Origin: a virus
Lineage: Duplodnaviria > Heunggongvirae > Uroviricota > Caudoviricetes
DNA: 39,711 nt
Virus record (IMG/VR): IMGVR_UViG_2531839665_000019
Location: 1-39,711 of that record
Direction: 5' to 3' (one strand)
The position numbers and the translations under genes were made by a program. Of this stretch, positions 28,025 through 36,468 are shown piece after piece; within the stretch, counting starts at the first letter, position 1; every line of letters starts with the position of its first letter. The notes below the pieces were generated by a model, which was given only the letters and a program-made list of their open reading frames with translations, made no database searches and was not told where the DNA came from.

Positions 28025-28210
28025 TCACCCCGCGTAATCAGGTCCGTGTTCCCATCTGGCATCGAGTATTTCCGTTCCATCTGTCCGGCATGGGTTATCA
28101 AGTGCCATTTTTCCGCACTCCCCATACTCGACATCGACAAAATCAGCAATATCATTGTCCGTTGCGTTATCAGGAACGTCGATTTCAACCGTTACGGTGA
28201 TAGTTTTCAT
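28025..28210 (-). CDS. small highly acidic protein (candidate DNA mimic)
   Basis: 61 aa from ATG 28210 (GGAG SD); about 28 percent Asp/Glu. Confidence 0.45.
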   Translation of the reverse strand: MKTITVTVEIDVPDNATDNDIADFVDVEYGECGKMALDNPCRTDGTEILDARWEHGPDYAG

Positions 28211-28251
28211 CAGGTTGTTACTCCGTGATTCAGAAAATTTCATGCCGGGAC

Positions 28252-28665
28252 TCAGTATGTGAAATAGACAGTTGCCACACCGTTATAGTGGTCAAACGAC
28301 ACGGCGTTTACCTCATAACTGGCCGGGAGCTTCGAGCCAAGAACGTATCCGGGCCACGTTTTCCATGGAATTTCTCTGCTCTCACCATCGCCATATACCG
28401 TACATCCCAGTGAGCCTACAGCTTCAGAAGAACGCTTACCGCACGTTATGAACCCCAGATTTTGCTTACTGCCCTTAACAGAAATCGGGAGAGCACTGGC
28501 TGATGCATTAGCAGCACGCTGTGCCTGTTGATTTGCGATATTCGCAGAGTTCGCAGCAGCTGCGGTAGCAGCCGTGGTCGCAGCGGCAGATGCCACAATA
28601 ACTGCTGAGGCCTGCGCCTGTTGGGTAATTGTCAGCAATACCGCCACAAAAATCATTTTCTTCAC
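28252..28665 (-). CDS. secreted protein with signal peptide and Ala-rich linker
   Basis: GTG start at 28665 with AGGAGG SD at 6 nt; signal peptide MKKMIFVAVLLTITQQAQA; two Cys in a beta-rich C-terminal domain. Confidence 0.6.
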   Translation of the reverse strand: MKKMIFVAVLLTITQQAQASAVIVASAAATTAATAAAANSANIANQQAQRAANASASALPISVKGSKQNLGFITCGKRSSEAVGSLGCTVYGDGESREIPWKTWPGYVLGSKLPASYEVNAVSFDHYNGVATVYFTY

Positions 28666-28843
28666 CTGGTACCTCCTTTACATACCGTGATTTTTCCAGC
28701 GGTTTTGGGCTGCGCTTCTGTTTCGCCAGACACCGTAAAAACGAATAGAGGACCACTCTCTAAAACCAAGATATCTATAGCGAACAACAAGCCGATTTGA
28801 GATACGGATAAGCTGCCAGGGTTTTGCTGTCAGCAGTCTTGCT

Positions 28844-29050
28844 TTACGGTTTTTCATCGTTTTGCTCTCCTGTGTGTACTACTGGCTCTGCGCTACCAGC
28901 CCTGCGGCGCTCCTGAAGTTCAGTCAGGGACTGCCGTAAAAGCGTCCACCACTCTCTGTCTACAATCGGCCCGCGCATATCAAGCATTTTGTCAGCATCG
29001 GCAATCAGTCTGGTCAGGCTCTTATCGCTTATTCTGGTTTGCTGGTTCAC
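28844..29050 (-). CDS. hypothetical phage early protein
   Basis: 68 aa ORF in co-directional early operon. Confidence 0.4.
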   Translation of the reverse strand: MNQQTRISDKSLTRLIADADKMLDMRGPIVDREWWTLLRQSLTELQERRRAGSAEPVVHTGEQNDEKP

Positions 29051-29271
29051 TGCGCCGCCTCCTGTTTTGCCACTTTAAACGCCCGTAACATCGGAACCGT
29101 TTTACCGGTGATGACGGTTTTCATTAAAAGGCCACCGCCACTCTGGTGGCGCACTTCAGGAGCCACAAACAGCGCCGCATCCACAACCCGGTTATAGCGG
29201 CGAAACTCCCAGAGCCAGCAGGTAACAATGATTTTTGCTTTAGTCCCATAGTTATAAAATTCAATATTCAT
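29047..29271 (-). CDS. hypothetical phage early protein
   Basis: 74 aa ORF, start/stop overlapping neighbours. Confidence 0.4.
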   Translation of the reverse strand: MNIEFYNYGTKAKIIVTCWLWEFRRYNRVVDAALFVAPEVRHQSGGGLLMKTVITGKTVPMLRAFKVAKQEAAQ

Positions 29272-29495
29272 TTGCAGTTAAACCTCCTTTTATGACGCTC
29301 TACGGCGGCTTTCATGGCGTTGTGCACGGTTCTTTTAATAATCCGGTGTCCTGCACTGTCATAGAACCGCCACCGGGAAGCCCCCGGATATTTAGGGAAC
29401 TCAACCGCCGCGCTACCGTCATTCATCCTGTATTCGTGGCGTTCTCCCGGGGGCTGGTATATTGCTTCGGTAACACTGAGAAGTTTAAAAGCCAT
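29268..29495 (-). CDS. hypothetical phage early protein
   Basis: 75 aa ORF, translationally coupled to neighbours. Confidence 0.4.
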   Translation of the reverse strand: MAFKLLSVTEAIYQPPGERHEYRMNDGSAAVEFPKYPGASRWRFYDSAGHRIIKRTVHNAMKAAVERHKRRFNCK

Positions 29496-29497
29496 CG

Positions 29498-30208
29498 TTA
29501 CACCCTCCCCAGTGCCAGCGTTTTGTTGCTCTGACCATTAACCCCCTGATGCAGTCTGGCGTTTTTCCCGGCGATAAAACCGGCAGTAGCGGCAAACTCT
29601 GCACCCCGGCACGCTTTAGCCGTACGCATATCCCCGTCGCGCAGGCCTTTAGTGCTGTGCAGGTTCTTTCTGTAAAGCTCAAGGCGGCTTTTTTCTTCCG
29701 GGGAGACGTCATACACCGCAATGACATCACGGGCACCAAAGACCCAGCCTTCGCAGAACTGGTCGCCACGGGCTACCCGCGTGGACGGACCGCAACGTTT
29801 GCAGTGTTTATCCTGATATTTTTTACGTTCAGCCATCATCTGACGGGAAAGCACATCAAACGCGTATGCCGCAATTTCCGGGCGGCTGTCAGGACCATAA
29901 AAACGAACGTAACGTTTGAGTGAACCAGAAGCCCGGTATTCGCCGGATATGTAACACTCGACACCGAAGGCTTTACAGACCAGGTCACACAGGATGTGCA
30001 TATAACGCGGCGGTGTACTGGCATCACTCGGCGCACCCGCGCTGGCAGCTTCCTGAATGTCGAACAATTCCGCGTCGTTTTCGCTGATGCCATGCTGGCG
30101 CATATAAGCCTGGGCTTTTGCAATAGCGTTAGCGGCTTCTTCCGGGCTTGATGTTCCTCTGGCAAGGCGTAACAGTTTTTTGATTTTGGCAATGTATTTA
30201 TCTTTCAT
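29498..30208 (-). CDS. DUF2786-like phage protein with Cys cluster
   Basis: 236 aa; N-terminus KIKKLLRLARGTSSPEEAANAIAKAQAYM resembles DUF2786; Cys cluster CKRCG...FCEGW suggests metal binding. Confidence 0.55.
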   Translation of the reverse strand: MKDKYIAKIKKLLRLARGTSSPEEAANAIAKAQAYMRQHGISENDAELFDIQEAASAGAPSDASTPPRYMHILCDLVCKAFGVECYISGEYRASGSLKRYVRFYGPDSRPEIAAYAFDVLSRQMMAERKKYQDKHCKRCGPSTRVARGDQFCEGWVFGARDVIAVYDVSPEEKSRLELYRKNLHSTKGLRDGDMRTAKACRGAEFAATAGFIAGKNARLHQGVNGQSNKTLALGRV

Positions 30209-30221
30209 GGTCGTCTGAACC

Positions 30222-30404
30222 TCAGCATCCTGAATTCTGAATTACGCAACTTCCGGCACGGCCTTCAGGAACGTGGGGAGTTCGTTCTGGCTGCGGTACT
30301 GAATGAACATCTGCTGTCGATTGAGAACTGGTCGCAAGACGATTAAAACAAACGATTGTCAGATTAATTTCGCGGGCGAACTTTTTTTGCTTAGCGATAT
30401 TCAT
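30222..30404 (-). CDS. small hypothetical protein
   Basis: 60 aa ORF; ATG 30404 preceded by a conserved hairpin element and GAGAGAG. Confidence 0.3.
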   Translation of the reverse strand: MNIAKQKKFAREINLTIVCFNRLATSSQSTADVHSVPQPERTPHVPEGRAGSCVIQNSGC

Positions 30405-30420
30405 AAATAAACTCTCTCTG

Positions 30421-30455
30421 ATTCAGGCGTAAGCCAGCCCCGGCGGGTTTACGCC
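30421..30455. repeat. conserved intergenic hairpin element, copy A
   Basis: ATTCAGGCGTAAGCCAGCCCCGGCGGGTTTACGCC; about 14-bp imperfect stem; followed on plus strand by AT-rich AATTAAAAAC. Confidence 0.55.
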
Positions 30456-30484
30456 ATATACAAATAAAATTAAAAACAGACTTA

Positions 30485-31030
30485 TTAACTACGACGTTCA
30501 GTTTTCCGGTAATGGCGGTCAACAGATTTAACGAACGCCTTCACATCACGGGAAATCGAATCCAGCGGATAATATTTATCCAGCAGTTCCATTCCGCTGA
30601 ATCGAATCTGAAAAAAATCAGGCTTATCTTTATATGACTCCATCAGGTCAATAAACCGCAGCTGACGCGGGAGGGATTCCTGCACGCCTGAAATAGTGAG
30701 CAAATCATCTTCAAGGATATATGCGAGGTCTTCCATATCCTTACAGTCAGACATCATGGATATTCTTGTCAGTATGTTCCGTGTGGCGATATACAGCGCG
30801 GCTGTGTCATTCGCCATCATGGCGAACAAATCCCCCTGAATATAAGCCCCCTTACTGGCCATAGCATTCCCGGCAATCTGCGCATCAAGTACCACATACA
30901 TAAAATCGCCAGGTGCACCCAGATGGCCCAGCAATGATGACGCCCATAACGTTACATTGGTTAACTTCCCAGATGAACGGACAGCAAAACCTTCAGGAGT
31001 AACAATAAATTCCCAGACTTTATCTTTCAT
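30485..31030 (-). CDS. hypothetical protein (low-GC cassette)
   Basis: 181 aa from ATG 31030; flanked by hairpin elements; lower GC than phage backbone. Confidence 0.5.
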   Translation of the reverse strand: MKDKVWEFIVTPEGFAVRSSGKLTNVTLWASSLLGHLGAPGDFMYVVLDAQIAGNAMASKGAYIQGDLFAMMANDTAALYIATRNILTRISMMSDCKDMEDLAYILEDDLLTISGVQESLPRQLRFIDLMESYKDKPDFFQIRFSGMELLDKYYPLDSISRDVKAFVKSVDRHYRKTERRS

Positions 31031-31045
31031 ATACAAATCCCCTTA

Positions 31046-31074
31046 ATTCAGGCGCAGACCTGTTTACCTGCGCC
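31046..31074. repeat. conserved intergenic hairpin element, copy B (divergent stem)
   Basis: ATTCAGGCGCAGACCTGTTTACCTGCGCC; same ATTCAGGCG...CGCC flanks as copies A and C; followed by A-run and GTTAAAAATCG. Confidence 0.45.
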
Positions 31075-31094
31075 ATAAAAAAACGAAGTCAGAG

Positions 31095-31487
31095 TTAAAA
31101 ATCGAAGACGTCAGTTAATTCCCGCTTCAGTGAAACGCACTCAGAATAAAAGCCCTCGCTCTCACCGCACCATCTGACGACTACACAGCCTTTTGATGTG
31201 CCGAACTTAAAGAAACTCCATGTCTGATGACCTTCCCCAACATCACATTCTTCGGTAACCACTTCAGCCTCTGTCAGCGGTTCATCTTTCAGGTCGTCAA
31301 GGTCTCCGACGATGTCCTCAATCCAGACTTTTTCGCAGCCTTCCTGAAAGTGGAAAAATGTAAACACGGTTCCCCATACTCCCCGGGAATAATCACCACG
31401 AAAAACAAGTTCATCGTTTTCATTCTTAACTACTTCTTTAAATGTACGCCCGAGCATTTCATTGATAACGGTAACACTCATTTTCAT
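31095..31487 (-). CDS. acidic hypothetical protein (low-GC cassette)
   Basis: 130 aa, Asp/Glu-rich; ATG 31487 preceded by hairpin copy C and GGAGAAATG. Confidence 0.5.
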   Translation of the reverse strand: MKMSVTVINEMLGRTFKEVVKNENDELVFRGDYSRGVWGTVFTFFHFQEGCEKVWIEDIVGDLDDLKDEPLTEAEVVTEECDVGEGHQTWSFFKFGTSKGCVVVRWCGESEGFYSECVSLKRELTDVFDF

Positions 31488-31495
31488 TTCTCCAG

Positions 31496-31530
31496 ATTCA
31501 GGCGTAAGTCAGCCCCGGCTGGTTTACGCC
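31496..31530. repeat. conserved intergenic hairpin element, copy C
   Basis: ATTCAGGCGTAAGTCAGCCCCGGCTGGTTTACGCC; differs from copy A at two stem positions, partly compensatory. Confidence 0.55.
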
Positions 31531-31561
31531 TGTTTTAAATAACAATTAAAAACAAATTAAA

Positions 31562-31753
31562 TTAATGCGGTGCTTTCAGTGTTTCGACTTTTACGAAATA
31601 AGGCTCGACATTAATTTCAACCACACAACCACATTTAAAATCTCTGGCAGGTGAAACGGTTTTCACCACACGACCACCACGCAACGCCGGATGTGCAGTG
31701 TGCATGAAGCGAGTCCCTACCGGATACTGCTTATTAAAGTTCTTCGCATTCAT
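31562..31753 (-). CDS. small hypothetical protein
   Basis: 63 aa ORF in early operon. Confidence 0.4.
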   Translation of the reverse strand: MNAKNFNKQYPVGTRFMHTAHPALRGGRVVKTVSPARDFKCGCVVEINVEPYFVKVETLKAPH

Positions 31754-31967
31754 GGCGTGGCCTCCAGCCCTTCAGGTGAGCGTTAGCGCAGAACTCCGCA
31801 CGATGTTCAGCCCAGATGCGGCGCAGGGTGCTACACGGGCTTTGTGCTGCCTTACGCCACAGCTTTTCAGCCTCGGCATAATCACCGCGCTGTTCAGCTC
31901 TTGACGCTCCCAGTGAATACGCCGCGCAACGGTTCCCGGCTCTGTACTCTTTGATATCCTGATGCAT
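31734..31967 (-). CDS. small helical protein, possibly ANR-family-like regulator
   Basis: 77 aa from ATG 31967 (AGGGG SD, coupled to upstream stop); GDYAEAEKLWRKAAQSP resembles my recollection of the ANR (Aar-like) signature. Confidence 0.4.
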   Translation of the reverse strand: MHQDIKEYRAGNRCAAYSLGASRAEQRGDYAEAEKLWRKAAQSPCSTLRRIWAEHRAEFCANAHLKGWRPRHECEEL

Positions 31968-31968
31968 G

Positions 31969-32613
31969 TTAAACCCCTGCAATATCAAGCGGGATTGCGC
32001 GATATTCGTCAGAATCGCCGACGCGCTCATACACACGAATATAGCTCTTGCTGCCAATCACCTGGACGGCTTCACCAATCAGCGTCATTGCGTTATTCCA
32101 GCGTTCGTCCTCAATTTCAAGGCGACGCAAGGCCAGAACGCGCCCGGTGTTAATGTTGCCTTCCTTGTCCGTGCTGAATGCCTCGCTGATGATGGCTTTG
32201 ATTTCAGGGCGTGCACCTTCCGTCCAGTCAGCCAGGCAATCATCAATCAGCGACTTCGCGGTCTGAATGCGTTCATCAAACGCGATACGGTCCTGCATGG
32301 CGCGCTGAATCTTGTAACGCCCGTCAAAGCTGTAAAGCGTGATATTCCCTTTTTTGCCGCCTTTCACAGCACCGTATTTCTCCGCCGACAGGTCAATAAA
32401 TGCCTGGATATCACCAAACGCACGCAGTTTCAGTTCACGCAGTGAGGCGGAGGCAGCAATCACCATCTCCACAAGCTCACCGACCAGCTGCTCACGGTCG
32501 CGGTCAATATCTTTGATAAGGCTTTCAGGTGTCATTACGCCACGGGCATCCACCCAGTAACCTTCAGGCGCTTGAGTTTTCGTGTATTGCTTAACTTTAT
32601 TTTCAGTCGTCAT
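31969..32613 (-). CDS. hypothetical phage early protein (possibly DUF3164-like)
   Basis: 214 aa ORF; family assignment is weak recall only. Confidence 0.5.
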   Translation of the reverse strand: MTTENKVKQYTKTQAPEGYWVDARGVMTPESLIKDIDRDREQLVGELVEMVIAASASLRELKLRAFGDIQAFIDLSAEKYGAVKGGKKGNITLYSFDGRYKIQRAMQDRIAFDERIQTAKSLIDDCLADWTEGARPEIKAIISEAFSTDKEGNINTGRVLALRRLEIEDERWNNAMTLIGEAVQVIGSKSYIRVYERVGDSDEYRAIPLDIAGV

Positions 32614-32642
32614 AATTAAATTACCTCAGTGATATTTACAGA

Positions 32643-32858
32643 TTAATGTGTGTTATGTGCGCAGGGTTCCACGCCAACAGAAAATAAATCAACGCCGTTA
32701 AATTCTTTATTAAGAGTTTGATTCATTACCTCCCATAACCGTTGTCTTACACCGACCTCTTCATCCGTAAATCCTTTTTTATCAATAGCCCCCATACTCC
32801 TGACACGAAGCGTGCCGTTTTCATCGGTGTAGATAATTACTTCTAACTTGACCGCCAT
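32643..32858 (-). CDS. small hypothetical protein
   Basis: 71 aa ORF downstream of B. Confidence 0.4.
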   Translation of the reverse strand: MAVKLEVIIYTDENGTLRVRSMGAIDKKGFTDEEVGVRQRLWEVMNQTLNKEFNGVDLFSVGVEPCAHNTH

Positions 32859-32870
32859 TCTGATTTCCTC

Positions 32871-33110
32871 TTATTGCCATACGACGGTGCAGCCGTCGAT
32901 ACAGGACGTTTTCACCACGCGGCGCAGGCCGCTGAATGTCTGGACGATTTCCGTTACCGGCCATACAGGACCACCCACGGGCGGGCAGGCATAAACCACA
33001 GGTAAACGGTGATGCTGTCCCGTTACACGACCGCCGGTGGTGTGAATGGCCACACGGGCACGGGAACGGACGGCGTTAATGGTCTGCTTGTCCATCGTCT
33101 TATTCTCCAT
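32871..33110 (-). CDS. small hypothetical protein (kil-position gene)
   Basis: 79 aa ORF immediately downstream of MuB-like gene; no sequence support for function. Confidence 0.35.
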   Translation of the reverse strand: MENKTMDKQTINAVRSRARVAIHTTGGRVTGQHHRLPVVYACPPVGGPVWPVTEIVQTFSGLRRVVKTSCIDGCTVVWQ

Positions 33111-34003
33111 CAGTGAATTAACATTTCTGCGAATTTATCAATGGCCTGCACACTGACCGGCGCATCGCTGATATCACAAATCCGGTACACACCACGCGCC
33201 AGTTTGAACAGGCGGCGGGCATTACCCAGCGAACGTGTATAAAGCGCCTCGCTGATTTCCGGTTCTGCTGCTTCCGGCATCAGCCCGGTGGCTATCTGGT
33301 TAAAATCTTCCTGCGCCAGCGTATCGCCCAGGTTAAGCGCCAGCGCCACACGGCTGTATAACTGGGCGAACTCACCGCGACGTCCCTTGAGGTTAATCAG
33401 AAGGCGTGGCATACCCGCCAGGACAATCCCGATACCCGCTTTGTCATGCAGACGGCGCAGAACCTCCAGTGCGCGATAGGGGAGCAGTTCAGCCTCGTCC
33501 ACCATCAGCAGGCGACCGGAATCACGCAGTTCTCGCACACATGCATCAATCAGTTCGTGGATATTGCCGCGAACTTTTACCCCCAGCTGGCGGCACAGCT
33601 CCTCAAGCAGTGTTCTGGCTGTATAGCCCGGGTCGGCTTCAATCAGGACCGCATCCCGGTTTCTGGCGGCGTATTCACGCAGAATCATTGTTTTGCCAAG
33701 ACCTGCCGCGCCATACAGTACGCAGATTTCACATTCCAGGTGAGCATAGGCCAACACCTCCAGTCCTTTGGCAGCCATACCGGTGGCAACAAATTTCGCT
33801 TTAATACGGCGGCTGTTTTCCTTTTCCCGCTCACGGGTCACAAAGGCAGAAATGCGTTCTTCAATATCAGCCATATCGCCCTGATATTTACCCTGTAAAT
33901 ACTGGTTGATAACGGCGCTGCTACGACCAATAGCACGGGCGACGTGGGTTTGCGTATAGCCGCGACGGGTCATTACGTCATTTAATTGCGTAATTAAACT
34001 CAT
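33110..34003 (-). CDS. B: transposition ATPase MuB-like (AAA+)
   Basis: 297 aa; Walker A GAAGLGKT; N-terminal HTH-like region; immediately downstream of transposase. Confidence 0.85.
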   Translation of the reverse strand: MSLITQLNDVMTRRGYTQTHVARAIGRSSAVINQYLQGKYQGDMADIEERISAFVTREREKENSRRIKAKFVATGMAAKGLEVLAYAHLECEICVLYGAAGLGKTMILREYAARNRDAVLIEADPGYTARTLLEELCRQLGVKVRGNIHELIDACVRELRDSGRLLMVDEAELLPYRALEVLRRLHDKAGIGIVLAGMPRLLINLKGRRGEFAQLYSRVALALNLGDTLAQEDFNQIATGLMPEAAEPEISEALYTRSLGNARRLFKLARGVYRICDISDAPVSVQAIDKFAEMLIH

Positions 34004-34021
34004 AATTAAATACCTTTTAAA

Positions 34022-36064
34022 TTAACGGTTGTTTGTGCCGTTTTTCTTTAAATTGCGTTCGCGTTCAGATGCGAATAAATAAAGTTCTTCTTTTTCCTTT
34101 TTCTCCGGGCGTTCCAGTCCATATCCCAGATTAAAGTCAGGCTTCTGCGTAATGGCCGGGGTAAGCTCGCGTTTAGCCTCTTCGATTTTCTGCGTGGCCC
34201 GTGCAATGCGGCCCCTGACGCGTTTCTCCAGTTTTTGTTCGATAACTGGTTTAGCGAAGGCATCAACCTTGTTACCGTTCCAGATGGCATCGCAGATATA
34301 AGAGCCATCAGCCCGCCGGACAATGACGCTGTTTGCATCATGAATATCGTAACTGACCCTGACTTCATTCCCGTGCTCTGCGGCCAGATCATATGAGTAA
34401 TAAATATTGTTGAATAACTGAATTTCCCCGCGAAATGTTTTGCGCGTCACTTCCGGTCTGAACATTTCATGCAGTTCTTCCGGCGACAGGAAATCAATTT
34501 CAACATTCTGCTCTTTTATCAGTTTCCGGCGATACGCTGCCGGGCTGTAATATTCGCCATCCTCTTTGCGTGGTAGGCTGCTGTGTGGCCGGTTGTTATA
34601 GCGTCTGACCTCCAGCTCTATGGCTGCCATCAGTTGCTCAAAGGTAGGGATTTCATCCCTCGCCTTAACCTGCCGTTTTGTCAGCTCTTTCCCTTTGTGG
34701 GTGGCCTTAATGGCTGACTGCATAATCCGTTGCTGCATCATTACGGTTTCCTTGTCTGCATCCCTTGCGCAGTACGTCTGGAAACTCAGAGCCACGTCTT
34801 TGGGTATTCCTTTGTTTGCCCGTTCAATCACCCCGCGCCCCTGCGGGTTACCTGGTATCCCCGTGTGATGTTCCACACCCAGCCGGGGCAGAATCCCGGT
34901 AATATCGGCATCAAGCACCCGGTTTTTTTCACCGCCCCCGTTATCGGAGTAATAAATCAGCGGTATCCCGTGCTGCGCCATGCCGTAACGTAACGCATCA
35001 GCAACGGCTATCACGTTCTCCGACAGGGACAGTGACCAGCCCACAACAAAGCGTTGCCCAGCATCCATAACAAGCGTCACTTCTGGCCGGAAAATATTGC
35101 CGGTCAGGGGGTTAAACGCGGTCATTTTCATACAGTGACCATCCCCGACCCATACCGCATTAACTGGTAGCGATGTCCAGTCGCGCCGCACAAAGGGATT
35201 GAGCGAACGCCAGGCTGAACCGGTGGAGCGGAAACGCTCTTTAACAATCACCGGGACGCTGCTTAACACCCGTCTTACTGCGTGAACTGAAGGTAATGCT
35301 GCCAGCATTCCCGCATCATTCGCGTGCTTTTCATGCCACCAGGCTGAAAACTCTCGATACGCATATTCAACGGTCGGGCGCTTCCATGAGCGATAGAACA
35401 TAAAGAAATCGCTCAACCACCAGACCTGCTCCCACGGTGTTCCCTTATGATGACCGGGAGCCAGTAACGCCAGTAACTGATTGGCATCACCGCGCGCCAT
35501 CAGCCAGGCGGAATACCATTCCTGTAAACTCCCTGTACTGACGCCAGTTCGCTTACCCTGTCGGGCATTGGCGGTATTACCTGCCACAATAACACGCTCG
35601 GGCAAAGCCTCCTGGCGGATACCATCAACGATGTGTTTTATCGCCGCCGTCCTGGACATTCCTGCGTATTCACGCAGTTTATGCACTTCGGTAGCCAGCA
35701 ATATCCGCGCATCAGCGATGGCCTTTTGCTTGTCGGTCAGTGCCTGGACTTCGCGTAATGCCAGCTCCGGGCATTTGACCATCACCTCCAGTTCATCGCG
35801 GACGGTGACGTTTTTAACTGCCTTCTGCTCAACCACGGCGGGCAGTTGCGCATCTTCCAGAACCTGATGAGTCAGGCGCTTACGTAAAACTTTCTGCGCT
35901 TCAGTGGGCAGGCAGTCGATGTGATACTCGAATGCTTTGGTGCCTTCACGCTTGCGCTTCCATTCCGGGTGCGTCTCTGTGATCCGATTGAGCGTCCAGC
36001 GCACCCCCTGAACTGTACCGGGCAAACCAGGAAGACCGGCCAGCTCATTGGCTGAATAAAACAT
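34022..36064 (-). CDS. A: DDE transposase MuA-like
   Basis: 680 aa; N-terminus with LPGLPGT motif like MuA; catalytic-region motifs VWVGDGH and YYSDNGGGE; start coupled to ner stop. Confidence 0.9.
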   Translation of the reverse strand: MFYSANELAGLPGLPGTVQGVRWTLNRITETHPEWKRKREGTKAFEYHIDCLPTEAQKVLRKRLTHQVLEDAQLPAVVEQKAVKNVTVRDELEVMVKCPELALREVQALTDKQKAIADARILLATEVHKLREYAGMSRTAAIKHIVDGIRQEALPERVIVAGNTANARQGKRTGVSTGSLQEWYSAWLMARGDANQLLALLAPGHHKGTPWEQVWWLSDFFMFYRSWKRPTVEYAYREFSAWWHEKHANDAGMLAALPSVHAVRRVLSSVPVIVKERFRSTGSAWRSLNPFVRRDWTSLPVNAVWVGDGHCMKMTAFNPLTGNIFRPEVTLVMDAGQRFVVGWSLSLSENVIAVADALRYGMAQHGIPLIYYSDNGGGEKNRVLDADITGILPRLGVEHHTGIPGNPQGRGVIERANKGIPKDVALSFQTYCARDADKETVMMQQRIMQSAIKATHKGKELTKRQVKARDEIPTFEQLMAAIELEVRRYNNRPHSSLPRKEDGEYYSPAAYRRKLIKEQNVEIDFLSPEELHEMFRPEVTRKTFRGEIQLFNNIYYSYDLAAEHGNEVRVSYDIHDANSVIVRRADGSYICDAIWNGNKVDAFAKPVIEQKLEKRVRGRIARATQKIEEAKRELTPAITQKPDFNLGYGLERPEKKEKEELYLFASERERNLKKNGTNNR

Positions 36065-36300
36065 TACGCCGCCTTACTGGCATACCGGCTTGGCCAGATC
36101 TCCGCAGGTTCCACACCAATAGCATCGGCTATGATGCGTTCATATTTAGGGCATGAGCGATACAGTGCATTTTTTAAAGAGTCTTTTTTTAGACCAGCGC
36201 GTTCAGAAAGTTCACGCAATGTAAAACCTTTGGTGTGCACAGCGGCAACGATGTACTCGCGGTGCCAGTCTTTGTTCATTACTTCATTTCTAACCATCAT
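36064..36300 (-). CDS. ner: Ner-like DNA-binding regulator
   Basis: 78 aa from ATG 36300 (AAGGG SD); DWHREYIV...KNALYRSCPKYERIIADAIGVEPAEIWPSRY matches the Ner/Nlp pattern. Confidence 0.85.
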   Translation of the reverse strand: MMVRNEVMNKDWHREYIVAAVHTKGFTLRELSERAGLKKDSLKNALYRSCPKYERIIADAIGVEPAEIWPSRYASKAA

Positions 36301-36316
36301 TAGGTTACCCTTAAAA

Positions 36317-36359
36317 GTTATCCGTACGGATAACACCGCCGTGTTATCCCTTCGGATAC
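36317..36359. promoter_or_regulatory. two operator-like palindromes (GTTATCC-N4-GGATAAC) in the ner/repressor divergent control region
   Basis: Perfect palindrome GTTATCCGTACGGATAAC (36317-36334) and near-copy GTTATCCCTTCGGATAC (36343-36359), just upstream of ner. Confidence 0.5.
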
Positions 36360-36468
36360 AAGTATTGATCCATAAATAGAAAATTACAAGCTTTCTTTTC
36401 TTGATTTAGAGAAAAGAAAGTCTCTTTGTGGAGATTGGTTGAAAATCAATATGTTAGAAGGAAAGAAA

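Noticed and set aside
28508-28756. 82-aa minus-strand ORF
   Set aside because: Overlaps the better-supported secreted-protein gene out of frame and has a Cys/Arg-rich low-complexity sequence; likely spurious.
34048-34392. 114-aa minus-strand ORF
   Set aside because: Fully nested in another frame inside the transposase gene; no independent support.
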